Below, piece after piece: positions 49,801 to 62,160 of a stretch of 64,000 nucleotides of DNA. Under the pieces are notes generated by a model. It saw only the letters and a list, made by a program, of their open reading frames with translations, did not search any database and was not told where the DNA came from. Every line of letters starts with the position of its first letter. Positions within the stretch are counted from its first letter, which is position 1. The stretch is from Amoebophrya sp. A120 (lineage: Eukaryota; Protista; Dinoflagellata): contig CAJINV010000013.1 in the NCBI GenBank assembly GCA_905178155.1, positions 52,344 to 116,343 on the forward strand, written 5' to 3'. The translations under genes were made by a program, and so were the position numbers.

Positions 49801-51295
49801 CTGCATGTGTGCGACGTTCGGCTTCGGTCTTCTTGAGATGCATCTTCATGGTGGCTCGAAGTAGCTGGAGATCAGTTCTGCGCAGTCGGGTCTGCAAGTA
49901 GCGGACCGCATAAGGGTTGTTTCGAATGGCAAGCTGCGCGATCTCTCGATCGGCTCGCAGATCCTCGGAGGCAAATCTAATTGCTAAACCGTTGCTCTGC
50001 ACTGCCATCCTCACCAGCTTCGTGCAGGCTCGCAGCCGCTTCGAAGCGTACTTGAGTGCAGGTAGACCATCGACGCTGGCGACGCAGGCCATGACTTTGT
50101 CGTCGTCCCAAAGCAATGTCGAGGAATACTGAATTGCCCAGGGCCTGCTCTTCACGCAGAGCTGCACCACAGGAGCGTCGTTTTGTGTTGTCTCGGAAAA
50201 GTATTTCAAGGCCCAACCGCATTGGTGCGCCGCAGATTCGATCATCTCTGGATCGCCCGAGGCTCGGACTGTTGGCGCTGCGTATTTCAGTGCTCGCCAA
50301 TCACACTTTACAGCAACACGCACTACCTCAATGTCATCACGAAGTGCAGGGTCGCAATATTTAAGCGCCAGCCCATTCGCGCGACATGCTACTAGGGCCA
50401 GATCTTTGTCAGAGTTGAACAGCCGAACGAAATCTTCGTTTAAACATCTCGGATCCTGGCCCGGTAAAAGACAAATCTGCATTCGAAGCTCGACAAACTT
50501 CTGCAAAAACGACAAGTTCCACCGATACTCAGGATACTTCAGTTGAATTACGCGGATGCAGTAGTCGGTGGCTTCATTGCCTAACTCGCGGATGCTGTCA
50601 GCGTCGTCCTCTTCTGCTGCAGCGCCGTGTAGATTGTTCGTTACGGCTCCTTCTTCATCATCAGACCAAAAAGCAGACTCTTCTAGAAAATCCCTCCCAA
50701 AGGTACCAAGAGCATGATGGAAGCAGTGCCAAGCTTCCCTCTCCAAGTAGTTGGAGATGGACACCAGAGCTTTCGACGGACGCTCGTCGAAGACGACAGT
50801 TACTATATCGACGTCGACTGGAATTGCGAGCCGAGGGTCGTACAAGAATTTTTCTTGTTCTTCCGCAGGATGCCCACGACGTTGCTCTTCCGCGTGTTCC
50901 GCTTCCGAGCGAGGCTCGAACGCTTCGATTGGTTGCTGCCTATCATAAGTACTGCCCCAGAAGTACATCTGGTCCTCCGCGGGGTGAGACGTTGCGGCTT
51001 CGACCATCTGCATAATCGCTCCCAGTCGGACCTCTGACACGATTGCGCTTTGGCTGCTGCGTCCAGCTTCGTGGAAAGACGCTGCTTCGGTTTCTGCGGC
51101 GCGGGCGGCACCGTGGCACGATAAGTCGTAGGATTTCTCTTGCGTCAGAGGTGTACATGTCTCCGGTCGTTGCTCACTTGATGTACTGAGTTCGCACACG
51201 GGGTCACCTGCAAGATTACAAACTCTGATCCGAGGGTATTCAGCTGCGCTATCAATGTGGTGCGAGTCAGAGTCCCTCAGTGACCAAATGCTCAT
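46898..51295 (-). CDS. Ubl + DUF4116-repeat protein, type I (copy B); last exon interrupted by a TIR element
   Basis: ORFs 49508..51295 and 48283..49128 are joined by a GTATGT...TTTTAG intron (~49129-49519). Last exon from 47960 (ccatacag|ACATGGC) to 46898 is split at 47033-47599. Confidence 0.8.
47033..47599. mobile_element. 567-bp non-autonomous TIR element with 9-bp TSD (Mutator-like MITE or possible introner)
   Basis: TIRs GGACATAGGCAGGATCATCCCCC / GGACGTAGGCCGGATCATCCCCC. Subterminal GATCACCCCCCTCAAG repeats. TSD GGCGATGGC at 47024-47032 and 47600-47608. Paralogues A and E have the empty site. Confidence 0.92.
47491..47530 (+). repeat. Degenerate telomere-like (CCCTAAA)n tract inside the TIR element
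   Basis: accctaagccctaagccctaaaacctaaaccctatgccct. Confidence 0.75.
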
Positions 51296-52753
51296 CTTCT
51301 GATGAAGGTGGTTAGAGGTCGCGCTGGTAGACCTTGCAAAAAATACGACTGCGCAAAATGCGAGAAATCATGAAGTGAGCGTAGGAGTTGCACCTGCTTC
51401 TGCTCGAACATAAGTGTGCTGAGAAGTAGGTGATTTGCAGAAATGTTTTACATGAAGCAGGGCTGAAACTGAGCTTGGAATTTCTAATCACGAAAATGTA
51501 CTTAGCAACAACTTCTAGGTAGAATACGCATTCGACCGCTGAAAACTTAGCAGCTGGAGGCAGGGCAGTTACTTACTTTGTCGTCTTCTGAAAGAAGCGA
51601 AAAAATTGGAAAAGGATTGGCTCTTGAGGGCACTTTTCTTGACTACAGCCGGCGGACCTCATGCCAGGAGAATGTCACGACTGATTCAATGGTCTGACAT
51701 CCATTTTCCCTTTCTACGTGCGCCTTCCATGAAAGATTGGCTTCAAAAATTTATCAACAGATAGAGGCCGAAAAAAATTGGTTAAATTCATTGAGCGAAA
51801 AGAGGTAAAACTTTCTTTCATGGATCTCGGCCTCACATCCTCCGGCTATTCCTGTTTTCAATAGCCACACTGCTAAAAAAGCCTGCTCCTCGATAATTGT
51901 AGAAATACGCCTTCCTCTATATTTTGTGTCATTCTGTGTTTCTGCGGGATTCAAATCCAATGATCCATGGTCTTTCTCACACAAGTAGGAGATGAACAAG
52001 CTACATGAGATTCACGACGAAGCGAGCACTGCTGAGCATGGGTTAAAATTGTTACAATTACAATATTGGTGCGAAGCGCGATAATTCTACTCAAGATGAC
52101 AAGTCTAATCGAGGAACTACACTGACTAGAACCTCCGGAGGTCAGAATATTTCGCTTTCACTCTTTTTCATTTTGCTTGCGTCGCCACTTCCACCAGATC
52201 ACATATATAACTGGCGTACTAGGTACTGAACAGCTGCTTGCTACGACGAGGGCACCTGAAAGAAGTGACAGTTTGGCTGCGCGTCAAAAATTCCTCATGG
52301 TTGATCTCCGGATGAAGCGTCAAAATCACTGGTAGTTGGTTTGCCCATACTTGTCCACGTCAAGATCTTGTTTTCTTAGGCGCCGAATCAAATTAGTATC
52401 ATGTTCCACGGGAGGCGCTGGCATAGAGAGAATGAGAAATGATCAGAAATACTGCTGCCTGTATGGACCACAGATGCTCAGATTTCAAGAAAACCACAGC
52501 AATAATTGTCCACAATTTGATATCCTGTATGTCCACAATTCCGTTTTTGCTGTATATTTTCACTGGAAACGAGCCAGGATCAACACAAGTGCGCTATTGA
52601 GTTGCAGTGCTGTTGTTTGTCACCTCTACAATAAAAAGTACTTCCGTCAGAGTGTAAGGCTCCAAAAGTTTTTCGAAGTGTCGTCCTGGTTTAACGTTGC
52701 TTACTGACACGCGGACAGCTGGATTTGATTAACCGATCGCGGCTCACTGTAAA

Positions 52754-55700
52754 TCAGAGGCGCGTCATCGCGACTGGCAGTGCAAAGCGCCAATGCTTGT
52801 CCATCAAATTCACATGCCCCCACTTCTCGCGCTGAAGCTTCAGAACCTCCGGGTGGCACTGCATTTCCTTTGATGCAAAGGCGATGGCGTAGGGATACCG
52901 GGCAACGGCGAGGAGAACGTACTCTTTGACACCGCGCTGCTCTGCTCTCTCCAACGACCACAACCCAGTTGGAAAGGGACTTTTTTTGAGCGCCCAACAA
53001 ATAATTTCGTGATCCATCATAAGTTCCGCAGGGAAATTCTCTAACTCGCCAAAGAAGGTGCCACAGTTTTGAAGTGCAACAAAGACAAGAGCGCGCTCCC
53101 AATTGCACAACTCGAGAGCCTTGTGCAGATGACCGGCACAGCTCAACCCATTGCGAATTGCAAGTCGTGCAAGATCTCTCTGGCTGTCGATGGGCGCTAC
53201 TTCCTCGAAGTGGTTGAAGTTGATGTGGTTGTACGCATTTCCGTCACGTCATAGCATGCAAAAGTATCGGATTCTCATAATTTCGAAAGGCTGTGGACCT
53301 TTGCAGCATGATGGTATGTACGCAGAGACATGATAATTTGACTTTCCTCTCCTTCTCGTTGAGTTTATTGTAGTATTACAAAAAGAACAAGTACATAGAT
53401 GCACTTAGTTTTGAGAGATCTACTCTAGCCAGCGTCTGCAATAGTTCTATTTTTCCATCATTCATGCATCCTGTCCAGACAATGCGCGACATTGCGACGT
53501 ACAAAAACAAGTGAGCACCGATATTTTTTGAATTCCGCGGGATACTTTTGACACAGCCAGAAAAGCGATTTCAGGAGTACCTCGGAGATATCGGCATGCG
53601 TGGCGAAGGGAATGTACATTTCTGCAAATCGCAGCGCGCACAATACCTTCATCGCGGCGTAGCCGCTTGTGCAGGTATTCGAGTGTCCAGGGGCAGAAAA
53701 TATTTTCCATTTCATGAGAAACGGCCACGAAACCTACCTCGCGATCAGATTTGATGCGGCTTCCGAAGTGTTTGATCGCTTCCCCGTTTGCGCGAACCGC
53801 TTGAAGCGCTATTTCTCGATCCCGCCTGAAGCCTCTGGGCATCCACCGAAGCGCAGTCGGATACCGCTGAGCAAATTGCGTCGACAACTCTACGTCTTCT
53901 CCGTAGAAAGCTGCCTTTGTTTTCTCGTCCGCGTGGGAGAGGATGATTGTAGCTTCTAGGGAGGACATTAATATATTCTCATCGAAAAGCACTGCTCGCA
54001 GGAAGGATGCGTCGGCTCGTAGATGTTCGCCGGCAAACCGCATTGGACACGCATCCGTAAGCTCTCTGCGCTCGTCATATCTGTCAATCAAATCGCTGCC
54101 TCCAGCGTCAGCAGGTTCTTCCACCACAATATCCCCCTTGCAAAATTTTCGAACGGCGTGAGAAGCAAAGCGACCGTTACTTCGGATTCTGGAGCTCGCA
54201 AATTCGAAGCACGCGGGACTCGCTTCAAGACAAAGAGTCACAAATTCTTCGTCGTCTCGTAGCTCTCGACTAGCACTGGACAAGATTTCTAGTCCGAGCT
54301 CTGGAGGCGGCTGAGCACCGTGAGTGCGGGCGAGGTCCCCATCCGGAAGATTCGCGTGCATTTCGTTTCCGTTTTGCAAATCAAGAACCTGTGCAGGCTC
54401 GTCCTGACTTGCAGAATGGTCTTCGTGATGAGGTGGGTCCGCCTCGCGATGTGAGGGATGGTGTTCACGACACCAGGAGTCACAATGATGCTCAACAAGC
54501 CCACTAAAATCCACATGCTTTAGATGCCGTCCGTCCCACTCGTGAAACCAGTGCCACGGCCCGCGGTTACACGTGACAGCGCTGTAGTGCAGATTCTCGC
54601 AGAAAAATTTCTGCCCGTAGACGTCATCAAGGGCGGCTCGCTTCTCCTCATTCTTTGTGTAGACGTCGAGGGCTGTGCAGAGAAGCTCGCGATTGGTTCG
54701 GCGCAGCTCCTGCGCCAAGTACCGGACTGCGTATGGATTATTACGAACGGCAAGAAGTGCGATCTCGTAATTCGCCCGAGCCTCGCTGCAGGCGAACTTG
54801 ATTGCTAGCCCGTTGGTCTGCACCGCTAGCCTCACCAACCATTCGCTAGCTCGTAATCGGTGTGACGCGTACTTCAGAGCAGGAAGGCCGTCTATTTTAG
54901 CCACGCAGGCCATGGTGTCGCTGTCGTCCCAAAGGCCCTCGGAGGCATACTGAATCGCCCAAGGCTTGTGCCGAACGCAAGTTCGGACCAATTCAGGACT
55001 TGCTTTTGAGTCGGCTGCGAAGTACTTTAAGGCCCACCCGCACTGGCGCGCCGCGTCGGAAACAGTCTGAGCATCGGCCATTTCCCGAACCCGTTCTGAG
55101 GCATATTGCAACGCTCGCCAGTCGCAGCAAACCGCAGTGCGCACAACCTCCACGTCATCGCGAAGTGCAGAGCACAAATGCTTCAACGCAAGTCCATTGG
55201 CCTTGCATGCAACAAGTGCACGCTGTTTGCTTGAGGCAAAGAGGCGCGCAAAATCCCACGGCAGGGACAGCGGATTCAGTGACGGGGCAAGAAACATCGG
55301 CATGGCAGTTGTTAGAAATTTCGCCAAAAATGATTCGTTCTTGCGGTACTCGGGATACTTTCGCTCTACAACCGCAAGGAGGTAGTTGTGTCGTTCATCT
55401 CTTGTTGGGTCGCTGACATTGGCCTCCTCAGAATCCGCTTGCAATTGTTCGCGCTCCTGTTCGTGCTTCGCCCCTTGGTCGCGATCCTCGACCAAAAAAG
55501 CTGCCTGCTCAGGCACGGAGCCAGCATCTTCACAGCGGATGCTATCGCGAAAAGAAAATTGGATTTTCTGCTCTACATGCTCAGACACCCACTCTAGGGT
55601 CTCTGAAGGGTGTCTGTCAAAAATGACAGACAACATTGCGACCTCTTCTGGAATTGGTAGTAGTGGATCATAGAAAAAGTCAACCTTTGATAAGTCTTCT

Positions 55701-56281
55701 GCAGCGTCCTCAGCCAGCTGCTCGTGATCGTCGTCGGCTTCCTCGACAACATCATGAGAAGACGACGCGCCGGTCTCGCTATTTTTCTGGCCCTTTGCGT
55801 AATGCCAAAAGTAGCTGTGGTCCTCGGCGGCGTAGCCGGTCGCTGCTTCGACTTTCTCCATTATGTTTCGCAGCAAAAGCCTCGAGTCAGAAGCTAGTGA
55901 GGTGGGCTCGACGATCTCTTTCGCTGGGATGCTTTCGGGTGCATTCCGTTCCTTGATAGAATTTTTCTGTTTCAAAAGACTCGAAGGCAAACCTCCATGC
56001 TTTGCAACCCCGGACGTGCTGACTGCGCTATCCAGGCCGTGCGGATAATTTACTGGTTGGGATGGGCGTTTGATTCGGCAGACTGGATCGCCAGCAAGGT
56101 TAAAAACTGTGACGCAGCGATCGATATCGCCATCTTGCCTGGGATGTAGAACCTCAACTGATTCCTGATGTCCCACACCGGGCGGTGCGTTGTGCAGCTC
56201 GTTTTCCACAGCAGATGCGTCCCGGCCGCGGGGGTCTACACATGCTGAAAACGGTGCAGCGTTCATTTTGCAAAAACACAA
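52754..56281 (-). CDS. Ubl + DUF4116-repeat protein, type I (copy A), close duplicate of copy E; exons 53546-56281 and 52754-53245
   Basis: Protein and DNA are highly similar to 30532..33973 along the whole length. Confidence 0.85.
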
Positions 56282-58309
56282 TTATACTCAATAATCCCTG
56301 TAGTTGAATTTTTCTATAATATTACAGACGATAGTGCGCGGGTACTTACAAATCAATGGGCGCTAGCCAGTGTGATTAAATAATATGTCCAACAACGTAA
56401 CTGGTAAGATCAAGGCGCTCTTGTGGTTCTACGGTGTAAGGTCTTTTGCTTTTCTCAAGCGTGACTGGTAAAATTAAACACAGGAGAGTCACTGGCGTGA
56501 CAACGATGGTGATTTTTATGATGATGATCAAGATGACAATGATGATGATTAGGGTTGCCAACGTGCGTTGAGGGCTTCTGCGTGTAGAAGACCGGCGCGG
56601 CCGGTTTAGGTTGAAGGCGGCGGCTAGGCAACTTATTGCCAGCAGCTTATTGCTATAGGTGTGCGGATATTTCCGTCATTTGCGCACGCACTGTATCGGG
56701 GTGAGAGAAGGCTGCGTTTCCGAACTTGAGTGTGGGCGTTCAGTTTCCCATTACAGCTGGCAGCGCTCTGGGCTGACAATGGTACGCACACATCGTATGC
56801 GCCAGGTGCCTATTAGTGCGCGTCCCGGAGCCGAGATGGCTGCAACAATACCAACAAAAACTGCTCTGTTCTTTCGGCTTTGTAGACAAGTAGCATTGCA
56901 CCAGCCGGCGCAACGTGTGCAAAACAAAACTAACTCCTGCGCGGAAAGGCTCCGAAGCTAAAGAAAGTCACCTATATCACGCTAGGTGAAATCTGGAATC
57001 AGATTCACTTTTGGAATCAAGTCGATCCAATCACGATTGTTGTGAAATCGCGTTAAGCAAAGCAAGAAGTTGAAGTGTCTATCTAGATTGATGAAGCGGC
57101 AGCCGAGGTGCGGCCCATCGTTCGTAATGGTGTCCAGGGTGATCACGGCCGGCTGACGCAGACAAGGAGAACCACACGGGAGTAACAACACAAGGGCGGA
57201 CAACGCGGGGCGTCGGCGCAACCAGGGCAAGAGAGCGAGAGCAAAGGCGAGAGGTCTACAGTTTCGGCTGCCCTGCTCTGCCCTAAACCGTACAATCTAC
57301 AGTATTCGCGCTCTGCGCGAGATTTTCCGTCAAGGTAAGGACTCTAATTGAGGAACTTCAGCTTGAAGAACCTCCCGACTTCAGATCCATTCCTTCTTAA
57401 GACTTCAGATTTCAGATCAATTCACTGTTGCAAAAGTACTATTAGCGAAATTGTATCCGAGAATTAGCGGTGCCCCGGCCCCGGCGATCAGTTTTTGACT
57501 GACGCCACAACATCAAGGCGAAGACTCTAGTACGCGTTGTGCATCGCGGGATCATCGTTGACGCTCGAAGCAAATCTGTCTTGCCTCAAGGCATTAAACA
57601 ACACCCGTCAAAAAAGAACAAGAATCCGCCGCGGCACCAGAATAATAGGCGACTGGCAGGGATGTTGGAAGTATGTACGAATTTTCTGACAAGTGATCTT
57701 ATTCATTCATTTTGATATGGCCGTCCTGCTTCATCTACTACAAGTGTATTTTCCACCCATATTCAAATCAACTAGCACTAGACGTGAAGATGTTGCTGCT
57801 CTTTCTTGCGATCACACTGAAACTGTGCGTCTCCTTCTGCAGGTCATAGCTGTCGCGCATTCACTCACGAAAGAAAACAGGGAATTCAAACATTTATTTT
57901 TCGAGTACATTTTCCATGTATGCTTCTTTTGCAGTTCAACATGACTTTTGAGGACTTTCGACCATTGATTTCCAGGTGGTTGCCCTTCTAGTCTTACTTA
58001 ATATTTCTTATCGTACATAAGTCGAGCCTGCCTCCTCGGCGTCGAGCATCTATATTCTCCTAGAAGTAGAATATAATATACTCATATAAATAAATTGTCC
58101 AGTGTCCACAGGATGCGGTTATAACTTATTCTATGAATGGGGTGCAATTGTTTTTCTATTCTTTTAGTTCAGAAGGTTACCAATTTTTCAATAAATGAAT
58201 GGAGTGTGTGCTGTCACGCCCACCCAGCACGAAAAAATGTTGACAGACTCTCTTTGCATTTCAAGCGAGCGCACTTTTTTAGAAAATTCTTACACGTCCT
58301 TAGTTTCTA

Positions 58310-59456
58310 TCTAGAGCGGGCGCGCCTGCGCTCCGCGCCCGCCGGCCCGGCGACTTGGGGGTGCAAGGGGGGGCGAGGGGGATAAAAGCGTCCGGAGGCA
58401 GAAACCCAGCGTCTTTTTATGCCCATAGTATTCACGGTGAATAATATGGGCATAAAAAGACGTGTGTTTTTCTCTGTTTTCGATAAAAAGACGTGTTACT
58501 TTCGATAAAAAGACACATCACCCTGGCGCCACAGGCGGAAAACAGAGAAAACACACATGCCGGAGGCCTGTGGGGTGGGCGAAAAGCCCGCGGCTATACT
58601 AGACAAGGCCACAAGGGGCGCGGATCCTGTCCGAGCCCTGACAAACATGGCCGGCGGCAAGCGTTTGCAGAACCTTGTCGAAGGCCCGGGAGGCCAGCCG
58701 CAGGAAACAGAACGAGAAAATCGCGCCACAGGTCACAACGCTCGAGGCACGGCAGGCACCTGGGAAGGAAACACAGGGAGGAGGCCGACGGAAAGGCAGG
58801 CGGCCGAGGCGCTCAGGGTGGTTCGTTCTAGAAGTACAAGCCAGAAGTCCCAAAACCAAACAAGGCAAACGCAAATCAGGAGGCCGCGACGCTTGCCGAC
58901 GAGGCCAAAAAAGCGCGCGAAAGCGCCAAGACAGGGCCTGGAGCGAGTGGTACATCGAGCGCCCCGGGAATACCCAAGAGGGGGAGCAAAAGCAGGCTGC
59001 CTCGAGGGGGCGAGGAGGGACGGGCGGCAGAGGCACAGGCCGCAGAAAAAGAAGAGATCTGGTGCCTGCGCCTTAGAAATTGAGGTCGGGCGTCAAGGGG
59101 GTCCAAATTGCAGCCCGTCTCCAGCCCGGGGCGGCCAATCGTGAACCGCCAGGCAGCTGGGCAAAGGTCGGGACAATATGCCACGGCCGACAGGTCCAAA
59201 GACTACCCGGCGGCCCGGTAGTTCTCTGCCGTCTGCGGCCACACCGACCTCTCGCGCCATATCTGCACTAGTGTTCTTTCTAGTGCAGGGCACCACGGGA
59301 GCGTCACTAGTAGCGGGAAGCCCGTTTTGATGGTGGTCATAAAACCACTAGCAGGATTTCTACTAGTGGGCCTGTTTCGACTAGCAGCTTTCCACTAGTA
59401 GGATTGCTACAACAAGTAGCCGGCACCCTCGCGCCCGGCAGAGTTCTTTCACTTAG
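58310..59456 (+). mobile_element. GC-rich insertion, possible non-autonomous Helitron-like element
   Basis: Abrupt GC shift. A|TC at the left end. GCCGG..CCGGC hairpin ~12 nt before CTTAG|T at the right end. Long internal palindrome. The terminus is TTAG rather than CTRR. Confidence 0.35.
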
Positions 59457-59972
59457 TATATGTTGCAACGTAAAATCAAAATTGTAGTCTATAGATAATT
59501 GTTTTCAGTTTTCTGGACAATTCTGCCATGTCGTTTCTAGTTGTCCAGGAAGTTGTCAGAGAAGATTCTCCACAAGTTCCACCGCTTGCTGATTGGTCAG
59601 TAGTTCTGTATCAGACCACACCTCGTGGGCGCATTTATTATGACTCCTGTTTGAGTTACGAAAAATCTTTCTTTTTTGGCGGTTTCAGGAGGCCAAAACT
59701 TTCCAAAATGGACAAGGGTCTTTGATACTACTTCGTCAACACAATGGATTGTCAAGAGTTGATCCACGCTGGCGAAGACGCAGCTTCCGCTGCGAAGAAA
59801 AAAGCAAAAAAAAATTGCAAAATTGATATTCATAACTCCTACGCATTACATCACTATTCAAGCGGGCCACAAGCCGTGCTACCTGCTCTAAATTTTTCCA
59901 CATTCTGCACCCTTGGAGCGGCAGTTGTTCAACAAGCCACGTCCGACATGTTGGCCCACTCCTTCGATGTCT

Positions 59973-62160
59973 TCACTTATTTTGCCGATCCTTTTCTCGA
60001 TCTATCTGAATTGCCTGCCAGAATTTGCCGCAAGGACATGTAATATTTTGCGCTTGAGGTGTTTTCGATATTAAGTAGTGAATTGCACCTTTGGCTCTAG
60101 TCAGGTAATTCTCGGGCGTGGACGAAAGCAGGAGTGCGGCATCTTTGGCAATCGTGCTATTTGGAGAAAATCCGACAACGTCGTTACTACCGGGATTGCG
60201 GCCGTCAGGGCCGTAATTTGGCTGGAAACGAGCGCTGCTTCCGAGATATGCCTGTTTCGCGGCGTGATAGAAGTGAATTCGTGCCTGCTGCAAGATCTCT
60301 CTGTGAAATTGTGCCTTGTCGTTGTTACTGTGGTAGAGGTCTGTGTGGAACTGCCATTGGTTTGCCGTTAGTTTGGCGCCGCTGTGAAGTGGGCTGTAGA
60401 CGATGATATTGTTTCCATGATTGGGATCGGCGGGTCGCCCAGTTTGGTTGTGTAACATTTTATCAGCTTGGTAGTGGCAGTGCATCTTCTCCAAACGGTG
60501 CTTCGATGTTTTTCCGATTTGTTGGGCCCAACTAAAAGTACCCGTAAAATGCAGACCAAATTCGCTCGTCCCAGTGCTTTTCATGGCGCTTTGATTGGCC
60601 GTCAGATGAATCTCCGTAAACTCTACATCCTTGGCATGTGCCTTAAATTTCTCGTTTTTTTCTATGGCCTTCTTGACAATCGTATTCCACACGCTAGAGT
60701 TCTTTTTCAAACACATGTAGTCGCCGTCTCGTGTCCATGCTCCTCCCATGTAGTGCTGGTAGCGGCGTATATCCGAGGCAACAGCTGCGATTCGGCCCGG
60801 CGATTTCGCAATAGCAGCCACAGTCTTGCCTCGAAGTTCTCCACCACGACCTTGATCCCCGTAGACGGCAGCAGCGATAGCATTGAAAGCGCAATTATTT
60901 ACGCCACCCGCCTGACCAGGGGGAGAATAGTTTGGGTTCCGGACCTCGCGCGTTAGCGACCAGTGTCCCGATCCATCGGCATTCACGCTGTGCGATAGGT
61001 CTACCGGCTCCCCGGGAAGCCCCTTTCCCAGTGTGGTGACGTAGTCTCCGTTCTTGTCGCGCACGACGATTGGTCGCCCGACGACGTGCGCAGCCTCGCC
61101 AAGGTGATGAAGTATCCTGAGGAAAAATGTCCCCACCCAAGAGTTGTCACGCAAATGTGCAATGACGCGAACATTTATAATGCGCAGCTCCAAGAGACCC
61201 ATTTCCGACCGTGTTTTGGAAAAATTTGTGACGCTGTAAACAGGATGTTTCCCTTGCTAAACAGCACTACAATGCAGGGGCACACTTGTCATGCACAACT
61301 TCGAAAACTTGGAGATTTGTGTAGCAGATTTGCCATCTTGACTATGGGGTGGGGACGTTTTTACATATGATATGAAGACCCGCTTCGCCATCATTCGTAA
61401 GCCCGGCGGCAACGTCTCCAGCCACTTGCATATCCGCTTTTTTCATTGCGCGCTTAGCCTCGCGTCGCTCTTGTTTGGATAAGCCGGCCAATGCAGCTGC
61501 CTGGGTCTCGGCCGCGTGTGCTTGCGCATGCTGTTGCGCGGCGTAGTCGCTGGAAGCGGAATTAGCAGTGATGCGGTTGACGGAATGCACCTGATCGAGA
61601 GACTGCATCGTTTTTGCATCAAAATCTTTAAAGCGCTTCGCGCACCACGCGCTTGCAGCAGTCGACGACACTGCAAGCGTTGCTCCCTCGACGATATTTG
61701 TTACCCCCTGAGCTGCTTTCTCCGAAAGCTCCTCTTCGGCGTCGCCGTGGCCCATGCGTTTTATCGAGGCTCTCGCTTGCGGTCCGTCGTCGGCGTCAAA
61801 ATTGGCGACCCAAGGACCAGGAGGAGAAAGTGGTGGCGGCACAGACTGGATTTCAACGGCTCCGCCTGTGGTCGTACTGTTTTGGTTTTGGTTGCTTAAT
61901 ACAGTTGATGCTGTGGTCAAACAAGCGCCGTGGCCGGCCCTCCCCTCCTTTTTCTCTTCATGATAATGAGCAAGACTCACATAGGTCTTTATCTGGTTTG
62001 GCTCCAATTTCTTAAGCCACTGCGCCGACATCCTTGCGTTTGGAGCTCCTATCTCAGCCTGAATCCTTCTTTGCGTTTCGCGGGTTATCTTATTTGCTAG
62101 CATGATCGGGTCTGAGTCCCCATCACCTTGCGGATTTGCTGCCTCGACGCTGGTCCTCAC
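59973..62160 (-). CDS. Protein with circularly permuted OTU-like cysteine protease, GG motif and His-rich C-terminal domain (5' exons probably extend to ~62720 or beyond)
   Basis: After removing the introner: DGEAGLHHLGEAAHVVGRPIVVRD...VDLSH...GHWSL precedes NNCAFNAIAAAVYGDQ...ELRGKTV, followed by HYMGG|A and ~255 further residues. Confidence 0.7.
61113..61372 (-). mobile_element. Introner-like element / non-canonical intron (260 bp, imperfect TIRs, 5-bp direct repeat)
   Basis: TIRs TATCCTGAGGAAAAATGTCCCCACCC vs TATCATATGTAAAAACGTCCCCACCC. DR TGAAG at 61108-61112 and 61373-61377. Removing 265 nt fuses the two ORFs in frame. Confidence 0.85.

Noticed and set aside
56430-57292. TACGGTGTAAGG / CCCTAAACCGTA as TIRs with TA TSD
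   Set aside because: The left motif is part of the upstream block shared with paralogues (tacggagcaaggtctt), and the match is short and imperfect.
59528-60043. Small ORFs downstream of the toxin-like gene as an immunity gene
   Set aside because: They are short, mostly opposite-strand or overlapping, with no recognisable motifs; unsupported without expression data.
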